From NCBI GenBank assembly GCA_944389745.1, contig CALXNM010000032.1, forward strand, positions 1 through 15,412: a stretch of 15,412 nt of DNA. Direction: 5' to 3'. This document shows positions 1 to 7,108 of the stretch, piece by piece. A program made the translations under genes and the position numbers. Position 1 is the stretch's first letter, and every line of letters begins with the position of its first letter. The notes under the pieces were generated by a model. That model did no database searches, was not told the DNA's origin, and saw only the letters and a program-made list of their open reading frames with translations. The DNA is from an uncultured Clostridia bacterium (GTDB lineage: Bacteria; Bacillota; Clostridia; TANB77; CAG-508).

Positions 1-34
1 ATTGCTTTCCACAGCTTTCAATTATTGCGTACAT
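1..34 (-). CDS. rplU: 50S ribosomal protein L21, 5' end only (gene runs off the left edge)
   Basis: Minus-strand ATG at 32-34 follows AGGAGG (45-50) with a 10-nt spacer. Translation MYAIIESCGKQ resembles the conserved L21 N-terminus (MYAII..GGKQ). Only 11 codons are visible. Confidence 0.6.
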   Translation of the reverse strand, partial: MYAIIESCGKQ

Positions 35-60
35 TATATGTACACCTCCTCTTATATGTA

Positions 61-136
61 TACTCGCTAAGCATAAAATACAAGGCAGTTAGATTGCTCT
101 AACGTTTAGTTGCCCGACCCAGGCGGCTTACGAGTA
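61..136 (-). promoter_or_regulatory. Structured 5' UTR of rplU, possibly an L21-leader-like ribosomal-protein leader
   Basis: Closing helix: 61-72 pairs with 126-136 (11 bp, one bulged base at 67). Inner hairpin: 84-87/111-114 (GGCA/TGCC) plus 88-92/99-103 (GTTAG/CTAAC). GUUAG can alternatively pair with an adjacent CUAAAC. The helix begins at the predicted transcription start. Ribosomal-protein leaders upstream of rplU are described in Firmicutes, but family membership was not tested. Confidence 0.4.
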
Positions 137-139
137 AAT

Positions 140-168
140 ATTTTACCATAATTTGCTTCTTCTGTCAA
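140..168 (-). promoter_or_regulatory. Sigma-70/SigA-type promoter for rplU
   Basis: Minus strand reads TTGACA (163-168), a 17-nt spacer, then TAAAAT (140-145). TGg lies immediately upstream of the -10 (extended -10). Confidence 0.6.
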
Positions 169-235
169 TATCTTTTGAGTAATTTCCCGTTTTAACTTTA
201 CATGTTTTTGAAAATGATTATCATTTATAAAAACT

Positions 236-3200
236 CTATTCCACACTCTTTAAACTTTCTATCATATCAATCTTCTTTAAAGAGAAATAAGTTACTATAT
301 TTACTATTATTGCAAAGAAAGTCGTTATTAATATTCCAAAAACATAACTTATTACTTCTACTTCCGGATCAAACATTGTTATATCAAGCTCACATGTTTT
401 TAAAATATATATTGTTAAGAAATATCCTCCTACTAATCCTAATAACATTCCTATTATCGTTAGTATTATTGTTTCTCTTGCAATATAACTATATACTTCT
501 CTATCATAAAATCCTAATACTTTGATTGTTGCAAGTTCTCTTATTCTTTCACTTATGTTTGCATTAAGCAAGTTGTATAATACAACTAATGCAAGAAGTC
601 CTGCAGCTATTATAAGAATCCAAACAACCATGTCCATATTATCCATTACTGTTGCAAACATATCCTTTGATGCTGATGTGAAGCTTACTCCAGATATATT
701 GTTGTCTTGTAATAATTTTGTTCCTAATTCATTTTCTTGTTCTTCTGTCATGTTTTCGGTTATTGCATATATCATATTAGATTCTATTCTTGTATCATAT
801 ATGCTATTATATAATTCAGGTGACATATATATATAATGTAATAAATAGTTTTCAGTTATTTTTTCTACTTTTACTTCAGCTCTATCTCCATCTGAATTTT
901 CTAATGTTATAACATCTCCTGCTTTAATATCTAATAGATTTGCTAATTTTTCACTTATTATAACTCCTGAATTATCTAGAGTATATTTATCATCTTTATT
1001 TTTTCTGTCCCTTAATGTAATAAAATCATCTAATTTATTAACATCTTCAGGGACTATTAGTTGAATATTTTGATTATTATCATCTTTAATAATATTTACT
1101 GACTGAACATTTGCCCCTAGTGTTTTTACAATTTGTTCATTTTGTTCAATATCTTCTTTAACTTTATTTAGCTCGTCATCATATTTATCTTCTTTTAATG
1201 TAATACCAATATTATATTTATCTATATCACCAAATTGCTTTGGTATCATATTTCCTATAGCATCACGTAATCCAAATCCTGCTACAATTAGTGCTGTACA
1301 ACCACAAACACCAATTATCGTCATTAAAAATCTCTTTTTATATCTAAATATGTTTCTTGCAGTTACTTTTGCCGTAAAGCTTAAACGTTTCCAAATAAAA
1401 GTTATTCTTTCTAATAATACTCTTTTGCCTGGTTTTGGTGCTTTTGGTCTCATTAGAGTTGCAGGATTATGTATTAATTCTCTTATACATGTATATAAAG
1501 TTGCACCTACTGTACATAATACTGCAAAAGACATTCCTATTAATGCAATTTCATTATTAAACTCTAATACTACCTCTGGTACTTCATAAACCATTCCATA
1601 CATATTTGCAATAATTCCAGGAATAAAATTAAATCCTATTATTAAGCCTATAACTCCTCCAATTACAGTTGCTAAAATTGCATATATCAAATATTTACTA
1701 GATATTTGTCTTTTACTATATCCCAATGCTTTTAATGTTCCGATTTCAACTCTTTCCTCTTCAACCATTCTATTCATAGATGTTAAACTAATTAAAGCTG
1801 CTACTAAGAAAAATACTACCGGGAATACTTCAGCTAGACTTGATACTCTATCTGTATCTTGCACATAGCTAGCATATCCAGCATTTTGGTCTCTATCTAA
1901 TACATACCAGTCTGGTCTTTGTATTTCTTTTAATTCTTCTTTTGCATTTAACAATTTATCTTCAGCATCTTTAATTTTCTCATCATATTCTTTTTTTGCT
2001 TTTTCTAATTCTTGTTCTCCATCTTTAAGTTCTTGTTCTGAATCTTTCAAGGTTTGTTCAGCTGATGATATAGTAGAATATGTATAATTTTTCTGACTTT
2101 GTAATTCTTTCTTACTTTGACTAACTTCCTCTTTAGCAGATTTTATCTTTTTTTCTGCTGAGTCTAGTCCATTTTTTGCTGTACTTATTCCATTTTCTAG
2201 TTTAGTGATAGTTCCACTTAAATTTGTAACGCCTTGTTCTTTTAGTGAATCATTTATAGTATTTACAGTAATTTGCAATGTTTGAATTTTTGTATTAGCG
2301 TTAATTATTTGTTCTTGTATTTCTTTTTTTTCTTCATCTGTTTCTGCATTTTGTAATTGTTTTTCTAGATTTTCTAATTCTTTTTGCTCGTTACTTAACC
2401 CCGCCTTAGCTGTATTTAATTGACTTTGTGTTTGTTTAAGTGTTTTTAACTGACTTTCATATTCATCTATTTGGTCTTCAACTTGCTTTTTAGTTGTCTG
2501 AAATTCTTTCTCATTTTTCTCTATTTCTGCTTCTGCATCTTCTATTTTTTGTTCCGCCTCAGCAAATTGACTATTAGCTGTTGCTTTATTTTCAGCAATC
2601 TGTTTTTTACCATCTTCTAGTTCTGCTTTTCCATCATCTATTTCTTTCTGGGCATCTTCTAGTTCTTTTTCCGCTTTTTCTTTTTCCTCGTCTAGCTCTT
2701 TTTGAGCATCTTCTATTTTAGAATTTGCACTATTATATAACTCATTATATCTAGCTTCACGTCTCGACTCTGAAATTGCATCTAATCTATCTTTTACTTC
2801 TTCTACTTTATCCGAATAATCATTATCTGTCGTATTTAACTCTTTTGCTCCCTGAACTGTTAAATAAATATTTGTATATAAATCTACATTTATATCTTCT
2901 TTTGGAACATAAATATAATAATCTATTACACCACTGCCAAGCTCTGTACTACCTCTATCTGTTGATATATATAATGGTGAATTAACTGTTCCTACTATTG
3001 TAAGTTTGTTATTTTTTAAAACTTTTTGTTCTTCTCCATCATCATTTGTAATATCTTCCACATTTACTTCTATAGTATCTCCTATTTTATGCTCTGTTTC
3101 AACTAAAAATCCTGGCTCAACAACACATTCATTTTGTTTCTCTGGCATTCTTCCTTCTACCAAACTTAGTTTATTTATATTATCAGAATATGTTTCTAAC

Positions 3201-3514
3201 TTTACAACAGTTTCTTCATCTCCAATTTTCACTATTGCATCAGTTTGATAAGAGCCTTCTACTTCTTGTACCCCTTCTACATTTTTTATTGCACCAATAT
3301 CATCATCTGTTAGTCCAAGTGTAGAAATCACCTGAACATCCATTACATTTAAATCATCAAAATATAGGTCTAATGTTTTTTTCATGTCTGGACTTGCTGC
3401 TCTTAGACCTGCAAAAAAACCTACTCCTAATAGAACAATAAGAAGTATTGATAAGAATCTTTTATATGAACTTTTTATTTCTTTTATTCCATCTTTAAAG
3501 AGAGCAGTTTTCAA
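236..3514 (-). CDS. ABC transporter permease, duplicated FtsX/MacB-type (8 predicted TM segments) with a large coiled-coil extracytoplasmic insertion
   Basis: 1092-aa ORF with a TTG start at 3512-3514, 5 nt after GAGGTG. N-terminal TM is FLSILLIVLLGVGFFAGL. Two FtsX-like blocks are present (EERVEIGTLKALGYSKRQI... and ERIRELATIKVLGFYDREV...). It lies 26 nt downstream of the ABC ATPase gene. Confidence 0.9.
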   Translation of the reverse strand: MKTALFKDGIKEIKSSYKRFLSILLIVLLGVGFFAGLRAASPDMKKTLDLYFDDLNVMDVQVISTLGLTDDDIGAIKNVEGVQEVEGSYQTDAIVKIGDEETVVKLETYSDNINKLSLVEGRMPEKQNECVVEPGFLVETEHKIGDTIEVNVEDITNDDGEEQKVLKNNKLTIVGTVNSPLYISTDRGSTELGSGVIDYYIYVPKEDINVDLYTNIYLTVQGAKELNTTDNDYSDKVEEVKDRLDAISESRREARYNELYNSANSKIEDAQKELDEEKEKAEKELEDAQKEIDDGKAELEDGKKQIAENKATANSQFAEAEQKIEDAEAEIEKNEKEFQTTKKQVEDQIDEYESQLKTLKQTQSQLNTAKAGLSNEQKELENLEKQLQNAETDEEKKEIQEQIINANTKIQTLQITVNTINDSLKEQGVTNLSGTITKLENGISTAKNGLDSAEKKIKSAKEEVSQSKKELQSQKNYTYSTISSAEQTLKDSEQELKDGEQELEKAKKEYDEKIKDAEDKLLNAKEELKEIQRPDWYVLDRDQNAGYASYVQDTDRVSSLAEVFPVVFFLVAALISLTSMNRMVEEERVEIGTLKALGYSKRQISSKYLIYAILATVIGGVIGLIIGFNFIPGIIANMYGMVYEVPEVVLEFNNEIALIGMSFAVLCTVGATLYTCIRELIHNPATLMRPKAPKPGKRVLLERITFIWKRLSFTAKVTARNIFRYKKRFLMTIIGVCGCTALIVAGFGLRDAIGNMIPKQFGDIDKYNIGITLKEDKYDDELNKVKEDIEQNEQIVKTLGANVQSVNIIKDDNNQNIQLIVPEDVNKLDDFITLRDRKNKDDKYTLDNSGVIISEKLANLLDIKAGDVITLENSDGDRAEVKVEKITENYLLHYIYMSPELYNSIYDTRIESNMIYAITENMTEEQENELGTKLLQDNNISGVSFTSASKDMFATVMDNMDMVVWILIIAAGLLALVVLYNLLNANISERIRELATIKVLGFYDREVYSYIARETIILTIIGMLLGLVGGYFLTIYILKTCELDITMFDPEVEVISYVFGILITTFFAIIVNIVTYFSLKKIDMIESLKSVE

Positions 3515-3540
3515 TTTCTCACCTCATTTTTTTTAACTCT

Positions 3541-4243
3541 TTACCATTCAATTTCAGAAATAGGAGTAGGACTAGAATTAGTTACAATATTAAATGCTGT
3601 TCCATTCTTAAAATGAATTACCCTATCAGCCATTGGTGTTAGTGCTGTATTATGAGTAATTATTATAACTGTCATTTTTTCTTTTCTACATGTATCTTGT
3701 AGTAATTGTAATATTTGTTTTCCTGTTTTATAGTCTAATGCTCCAGTTGGCTCATCACATAAAAGTAATTTAGGATTTTTAGCTATAGCTCTTGCTATGG
3801 CAACTCTTTGTTGTTCCCCTCCTGATAATTGTGAAGGAAAGTTTTTCATTCTATCTTTTAGTCCAACTTTTTCTAAAATTTCTTTTGGATCTAATGGGTG
3901 TTTGCAAATTTGTGTGGCAAGTTCAACATTTTCAATTGCTGTTAAATTTTGAACTAGATTATAAAATTGGAATACAAAACCTATATCTTCTCTTCTATAT
4001 TTAATTAATTCTTTTTTCTTGAATTTACTGATGTTTTTTCCATCTATAATAACGCTTCCCAAAGTAACACTATCCATTCCTCCGAAGTATATTAAGAGCA
4101 GTAGTTTTTCCAGCACCACTAGGGCCTACTATCACAACCAATTCTCCTTTTTCTATTTCAAAATTAGTTTTATCTAGAGCCTTTATTGAAATTTCGCCCA
4201 TTTTATATTCTTTTACAACATTTTTAAATTCAATATATGCCAT
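3541..4243 (-). pseudogene. ABC transporter ATP-binding protein (MacB/LolD-like), frameshifted as sequenced by one extra base at 4084
   Basis: ATG at 4241-4243, 8 nt after AAAGGAG. The first frame gives MAYIEFKNV...GPSGAGKTTALNIL (Walker A), then RRNG-stop at 4070. The other frame continues GGMDSVTLG...[14 protein letters not shown]...[12 protein letters not shown]...IITH (Q-loop, signature, Walker B, H-loop). Removing g4084 restores ...ALNILGGMDSV... and a 233-aa protein. Confidence 0.85.
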
Positions 4244-4251
4244 AATAAAAA

Positions 4252-4321
4252 CTCCTTTAAAGCCCAAAGGAGAGTATACCGTATAATAGATATTTAATTA
4301 TCTATACACAAATACTCCCCC
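4252..4321 (-). promoter_or_regulatory. 5' UTR element of the ABC operon with mutually exclusive helices around the RBS
   Basis: RNA segment CUCCUUU (4266-4272) can pair with the RBS AAAGGAG (4252-4258), 7 bp. Alternatively, AUACUCUCC (4269-4277) pairs with the upstream SD-like GGGGAGUAU (4312-4320), 9 bp including one G-U. Bases 4269-4272 are shared, so only one helix can form. A nested hairpin AUAGAUA/UAUCUAU lies at 4287-4306. Confidence 0.4.
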
Positions 4322-4372
4322 TTATTTATTGTTAAAATTTTCCTTTGTTTAACTCCTATATTAATATATTAT

Positions 4373-4401
4373 ATTTTATCATTTTGCATTCCAATGGTCA
4401 A
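4373..4401 (-). promoter_or_regulatory. SigA-type promoter for the ABC transporter operon
   Basis: Minus strand reads TTGACC (4396-4401), a 17-nt spacer, then TAAAAT (4373-4378). This implies a 5' UTR of about 120 nt. Confidence 0.55.
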
Positions 4402-4470
4402 GATTTAATCCTAAGTTCAGTATAATTTTTCCATATGTTATCAAACTTAAGTTGATACTTTTGCAATTTA

Positions 4471-5313
4471 TTATGCAAACTTTATATAATGATTATAATT
4501 ATCTAAAATAATAATTTTATCATCTTCATTAACATTTCCGTAAACCCAAAATATATCATCCTTTTTTGCAAAGCTTTGAAACTTCCACATTTGCGTTATT
4601 ATTTTATAAGTTTCTCCATTATATAAAACATCTGCAACTCTAGGTAATAAATCTGATTTTTTTCCATTTATTACTTTTACCTTTACTAGTTTATCTTTTC
4701 CTTTTTTTTCTGGTATATTAGTAAAATTTTTATCAATAAATCTTGGAGTTGATAACACCCCTTCTTTTACTTGAATCCCGCTCCAATTACGTTTTATTAT
4801 TGCTTTTAAATCACATTCTTTTGGATATTTATCTTTATATTTTTTGTATTGATGGTCAATATGCTTTTCAGAAATAAACTTTGTATTTGTTTTTTCTTTA
4901 ATAAAATTATTATTATTTCTATATTTTTCTAAATTATCTAATCCATATATAATAAAATCCACATCTTTTATTATGTCAAATCCTATTAAATAAGAGCCAA
5001 ATATTCCAATATCTTTATCTTCGATTCCTATTTCGTTTAATACTTCTACATATTTTTTCCATATTCCTTTAAGATTTTTTTTATTTTCTCTATAAAATTC
5101 TTGTGGCTTAAAAAGCATTTTATATTCTTTTGGTAACTCTACTTCTCCATTATTTTGTAATTTTATATATCTCTTTTTAGTAATATTATTAAATCTATTT
5201 CCATTTTCATCTACCTTATATACAATAAATCCTTTTGGCTTATTTCCTATTAGCTCATTCATAATCCAGAAATTATCATCATAGTCTAGAATATAATCTA
5301 ATAATTCAATCAT
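4471..5313 (-). CDS. Uncharacterised protein with a Pol-beta-superfamily nucleotidyltransferase signature and a beta-rich C-terminal region
   Basis: 280-aa ORF. AAGGAG lies 8 nt upstream of the ATG at 5311-5313. The ATG overlaps the upstream TGA (ATGA, 5310-5313). Motif GIFGSYLIGFDIIKDVDFIIYG (aa 103-124, nt about 4957-4998) fits hG[GS]-x9-13-Dh[DE]h. No other family was recognised by eye. Confidence 0.6.
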   Translation of the reverse strand: MIELLDYILDYDDNFWIMNELIGNKPKGFIVYKVDENGNRFNNITKKRYIKLQNNGEVELPKEYKMLFKPQEFYRENKKNLKGIWKKYVEVLNEIGIEDKDIGIFGSYLIGFDIIKDVDFIIYGLDNLEKYRNNNNFIKEKTNTKFISEKHIDHQYKKYKDKYPKECDLKAIIKRNWSGIQVKEGVLSTPRFIDKNFTNIPEKKGKDKLVKVKVINGKKSDLLPRVADVLYNGETYKIITQMWKFQSFAKKDDIFWVYGNVNEDDKIIILDNYNHYIKFA

Positions 5314-6488
5314 TTTAAGTGCTCCTTATTTAAAATTAAATTTGTTAATGAAATATTTTTTATATTTTGTATTTTTTCAATTTTTAGTATTTCATTTCTT
5401 CTTTTTAGTTTTATATCTTCTGCTACTTTATTAGGAAAATCCTTTGCCTTGGTTTTTGGTCTTTCATTATACATAAACACTTTTACTCTATCAAATAATC
5501 CAGTTTGTATAACCTCCTTTGTTTTTTGAAAATCTTCTTCTGACTCTCCTGGAAATCCAACAATAATATGTGTATTAATCTTCAAATTTTTATTATTCTT
5601 TTTTATTAACTTAATTTTTTCCATAACTTCATCTATTTTATATGGTCTTTCCATTAAATCAAGTATTCTTTGTGAACCACTCTGAATAGGCACTGTAATA
5701 TATAAAAATTTTTCATCTTTAAGATAATTTATAATTTCTTCGCTTAATCCATTTGGATTAAATTCAGGAATAGAAAAATATACTTTTTCTTTTATTTTTA
5801 CTATCTCCTTTAATAATTCATCTAGTGAACTATCAATATCTTTTCCATAAGCTGAAGCATCATCTGAATTGAGACCAAACAATTTATAATCTCTTGAAAT
5901 ACCAGTCTCTATTGCTTCTAGAATTTCATTTATTGGCCTACTTTTTAATTTTGTTGTAAATCTTTCTGAGCAATATGTACATCTTCCTTGACAACCACTT
6001 GATATTTGTAGATAACAAACTTTATTTCTTTTTAACCTATACTCTATATGTTTACTTCTTAAGAATAATTTATTAAATATGTATTCTAAATTTTTATTAA
6101 AGCTTAATTTGTCTTTTACTGAAGTTGCTTTGGTTTTTATTGATTTTTCAAAATTAAAATATTCTTTTATTTTATTTAAATCTCTACCAAATAAAATCAT
6201 TTTATTGTTTATCTTTAATAATTCTTCCTTATTAATACTAGGTAGACAACCTATTATAACCAATTGCTGCCTATCTTTTAAATCATTATTAATTTTTTTT
6301 ATTAAATCTAAAAAGTATTTTTCTTTTGATTTTAAGAAACTACATGTATTAACTATAATTAAATTACTGTTTTCGCTTTTTTTGTTTTTTTTATAGCCAT
6401 TTTCTAAAAATAAATTTTCCACATCTAATCCAAACAATTTAACTCTTGTACACGTATTGTTGTTGTACATATAAAAACTTTTTAACAT
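5310..6488 (-). CDS. Radical-SAM methylthiotransferase-like enzyme (MiaB/RimO/MtaB family architecture) lacking the C-terminal TRAM domain
   Basis: 392-aa ORF. CxxxCxxC is present as C166-QGR-C170-TY-C173 (nt 5970-5993). The N-terminal cysteine triad C13 / NTC49 / GC81 has the spacing typical of the MTTase auxiliary cluster. Family blocks PIQSGSQRIL, IVGFPGESEEDF and FMYNERPKTKA are present. Only about 24 aa follow the last conserved block. Confidence 0.85.
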   Translation of the reverse strand: MLKSFYMYNNNTCTRVKLFGLDVENLFLENGYKKNKKSENSNLIIVNTCSFLKSKEKYFLDLIKKINNDLKDRQQLVIIGCLPSINKEELLKINNKMILFGRDLNKIKEYFNFEKSIKTKATSVKDKLSFNKNLEYIFNKLFLRSKHIEYRLKRNKVCYLQISSGCQGRCTYCSERFTTKLKSRPINEILEAIETGISRDYKLFGLNSDDASAYGKDIDSSLDELLKEIVKIKEKVYFSIPEFNPNGLSEEIINYLKDEKFLYITVPIQSGSQRILDLMERPYKIDEVMEKIKLIKKNNKNLKINTHIIVGFPGESEEDFQKTKEVIQTGLFDRVKVFMYNERPKTKAKDFPNKVAEDIKLKRRNEILKIEKIQNIKNISLTNLILNKEHLK

Positions 6489-7029
6489 ATTTTTCTATCC
6501 TTTCAACCGTTAAATTAAAATTATTATTTTCTATATTTATTTCACTATTTTCTTTTAAATAATTGTTAATTATTTTAATTATTTTTATATTTTCTTTCCA
6601 TCTTCCCTTTCTAATTTTAGATTTTTCATCATATCTTTTTATCAATTCATCCTCACTTGCATAAATATTAATATATATAACTTCATATTTTTTATTATCA
6701 AATAAATCTATCATATACCTGTTTACTGTTGCACCTTCTATTATTAAAATATTATCTTTAAAATTTTCTATTAGCTTACATACATATGAATTGACTATAT
6801 TACTGTGCTTTAAATATCCATCTATAATACTTGTATTTTCTAATAAATAGCTTTCATGCGTTGTTGTATATAGATATGGCTCTTTTTTTCTTGTTATAAA
6901 ATGTGTTAATATTTGTTTTATAATATCAATACTTATAACTTTATCTATTTGCATCTTTAAGGCTAATTTATATGCAATTGTTGTTTTTCCTACTCCAGGA
7001 ACTCCACCTAGAAGAATTATTTTTTTCAT
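6439..7029 (-). CDS. P-loop kinase, 2-phosphoglycerate-kinase-like (COG2074-type pattern)
   Basis: 196-aa ORF. AAAGGAG lies 6 nt upstream of the ATG at 7027-7029. Walker A is IILLGGVPGVGKTT (nt 6979-7008). The downstream pattern VISIDIIKQIL...PYLYTTTHESY...LIIEG resembles the 2PGK family as I recall it. The 3' end overlaps the radical-SAM start by 50 nt. Confidence 0.7.
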   Translation of the reverse strand: MKKIILLGGVPGVGKTTIAYKLALKMQIDKVISIDIIKQILTHFITRKKEPYLYTTTHESYLLENTSIIDGYLKHSNIVNSYVCKLIENFKDNILIIEGATVNRYMIDLFDNKKYEVIYINIYASEDELIKRYDEKSKIRKGRWKENIKIIKIINNYLKENSEINIENNNFNLTVERIEKYVKKFLYVQQQYVYKS

Positions 7030-7053
7030 TCTATACTCCTTTCAATAATCTCT

Positions 7054-7078
7054 ATGTGTATTTTTTACGCAAATATAA
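7054..7078. promoter_or_regulatory. Operator-like motif copy B (A-TGTGTA-TTTTT-TACGCA-AATATAA on the plus strand), 25-49 nt upstream of the kinase ATG
   Basis: Its reverse complement TTATATT-TGCGTA-AAAAA-TACACA-T matches 7811-7835 at 20 of 25 positions; only the central 5 nt differ. The core TGCGTA-N5-TACACA is a palindrome with one mismatch. Confidence 0.5.
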
Positions 7079-7089
7079 TCAAAATTTAA

Positions 7090-7108
7090 AGTGATTTTGT
7101 TAATCACT
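7090..7108 (-). terminator. Weak hairpin immediately after the regulator stop codon (possible partial terminator or attenuator)
   Basis: AGTGATT (7090-7096) pairs with AATCACT (7102-7108), 7 bp with a 5-nt loop. The RNA continues UUAAAUUUUGAUUAUAUUU. The stem is AT-rich and the U tract is interrupted, so read-through into the kinase gene is likely. Confidence 0.3.

Noticed and set aside
21-46. A third TGCGTA half-site (26-31) with TACAC 9 nt downstream, near the rplU start.
   Set aside because: The spacing is wrong (9 versus 5), the TTATATT flank is absent, and TGCGTA here is simply the complement of the codons for Tyr-Ala in MYAII.
1919-2812. The repetitive E/K-rich region considered as a DNA tandem repeat or a separate surface-protein gene.
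   Set aside because: The nucleotide sequence is not periodic, and the segment is in-frame within the permease between its TM1 ectodomain and the first FtsX block.
4244-4267. N-terminal extension MGFKGVFI of the ABC ATPase in the ORF track.
   Set aside because: It has no RBS and it runs through the AAAGGAG that serves the ATG at 4243. MAYIEFKNV is a typical ABC ATPase N-terminus.
4305-4310. An isolated TACACA in the ABC leader.
   Set aside because: No TGCGTA partner lies at N5, so it is not an operator copy.
4402-4470. Looked for a terminator between the NTase gene and the ABC promoter.
   Set aside because: Only short AT-rich stems (UAUCAA/UUGAUA) are present, with no U tract. Read-through cannot be excluded, but no terminator can be supported.
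5310-6488. Viperin-like (antiviral ddh-nucleotide synthase) interpretation, prompted by a radical-SAM gene next to a kinase.
   Set aside because: The N-terminal three-Cys auxiliary-cluster domain and the QSGS/GFPGE blocks are MTTase hallmarks, not viperin features.
7040-7089. An internal SigA promoter for the kinase gene overlapping operator copy B.
   Set aside because: The best candidates (TTAAAT-18-AAAAAT, TTGATT-16-TACACA) are poor. This is left as a possibility only; co-transcription from 7834-7862 is equally plausible.
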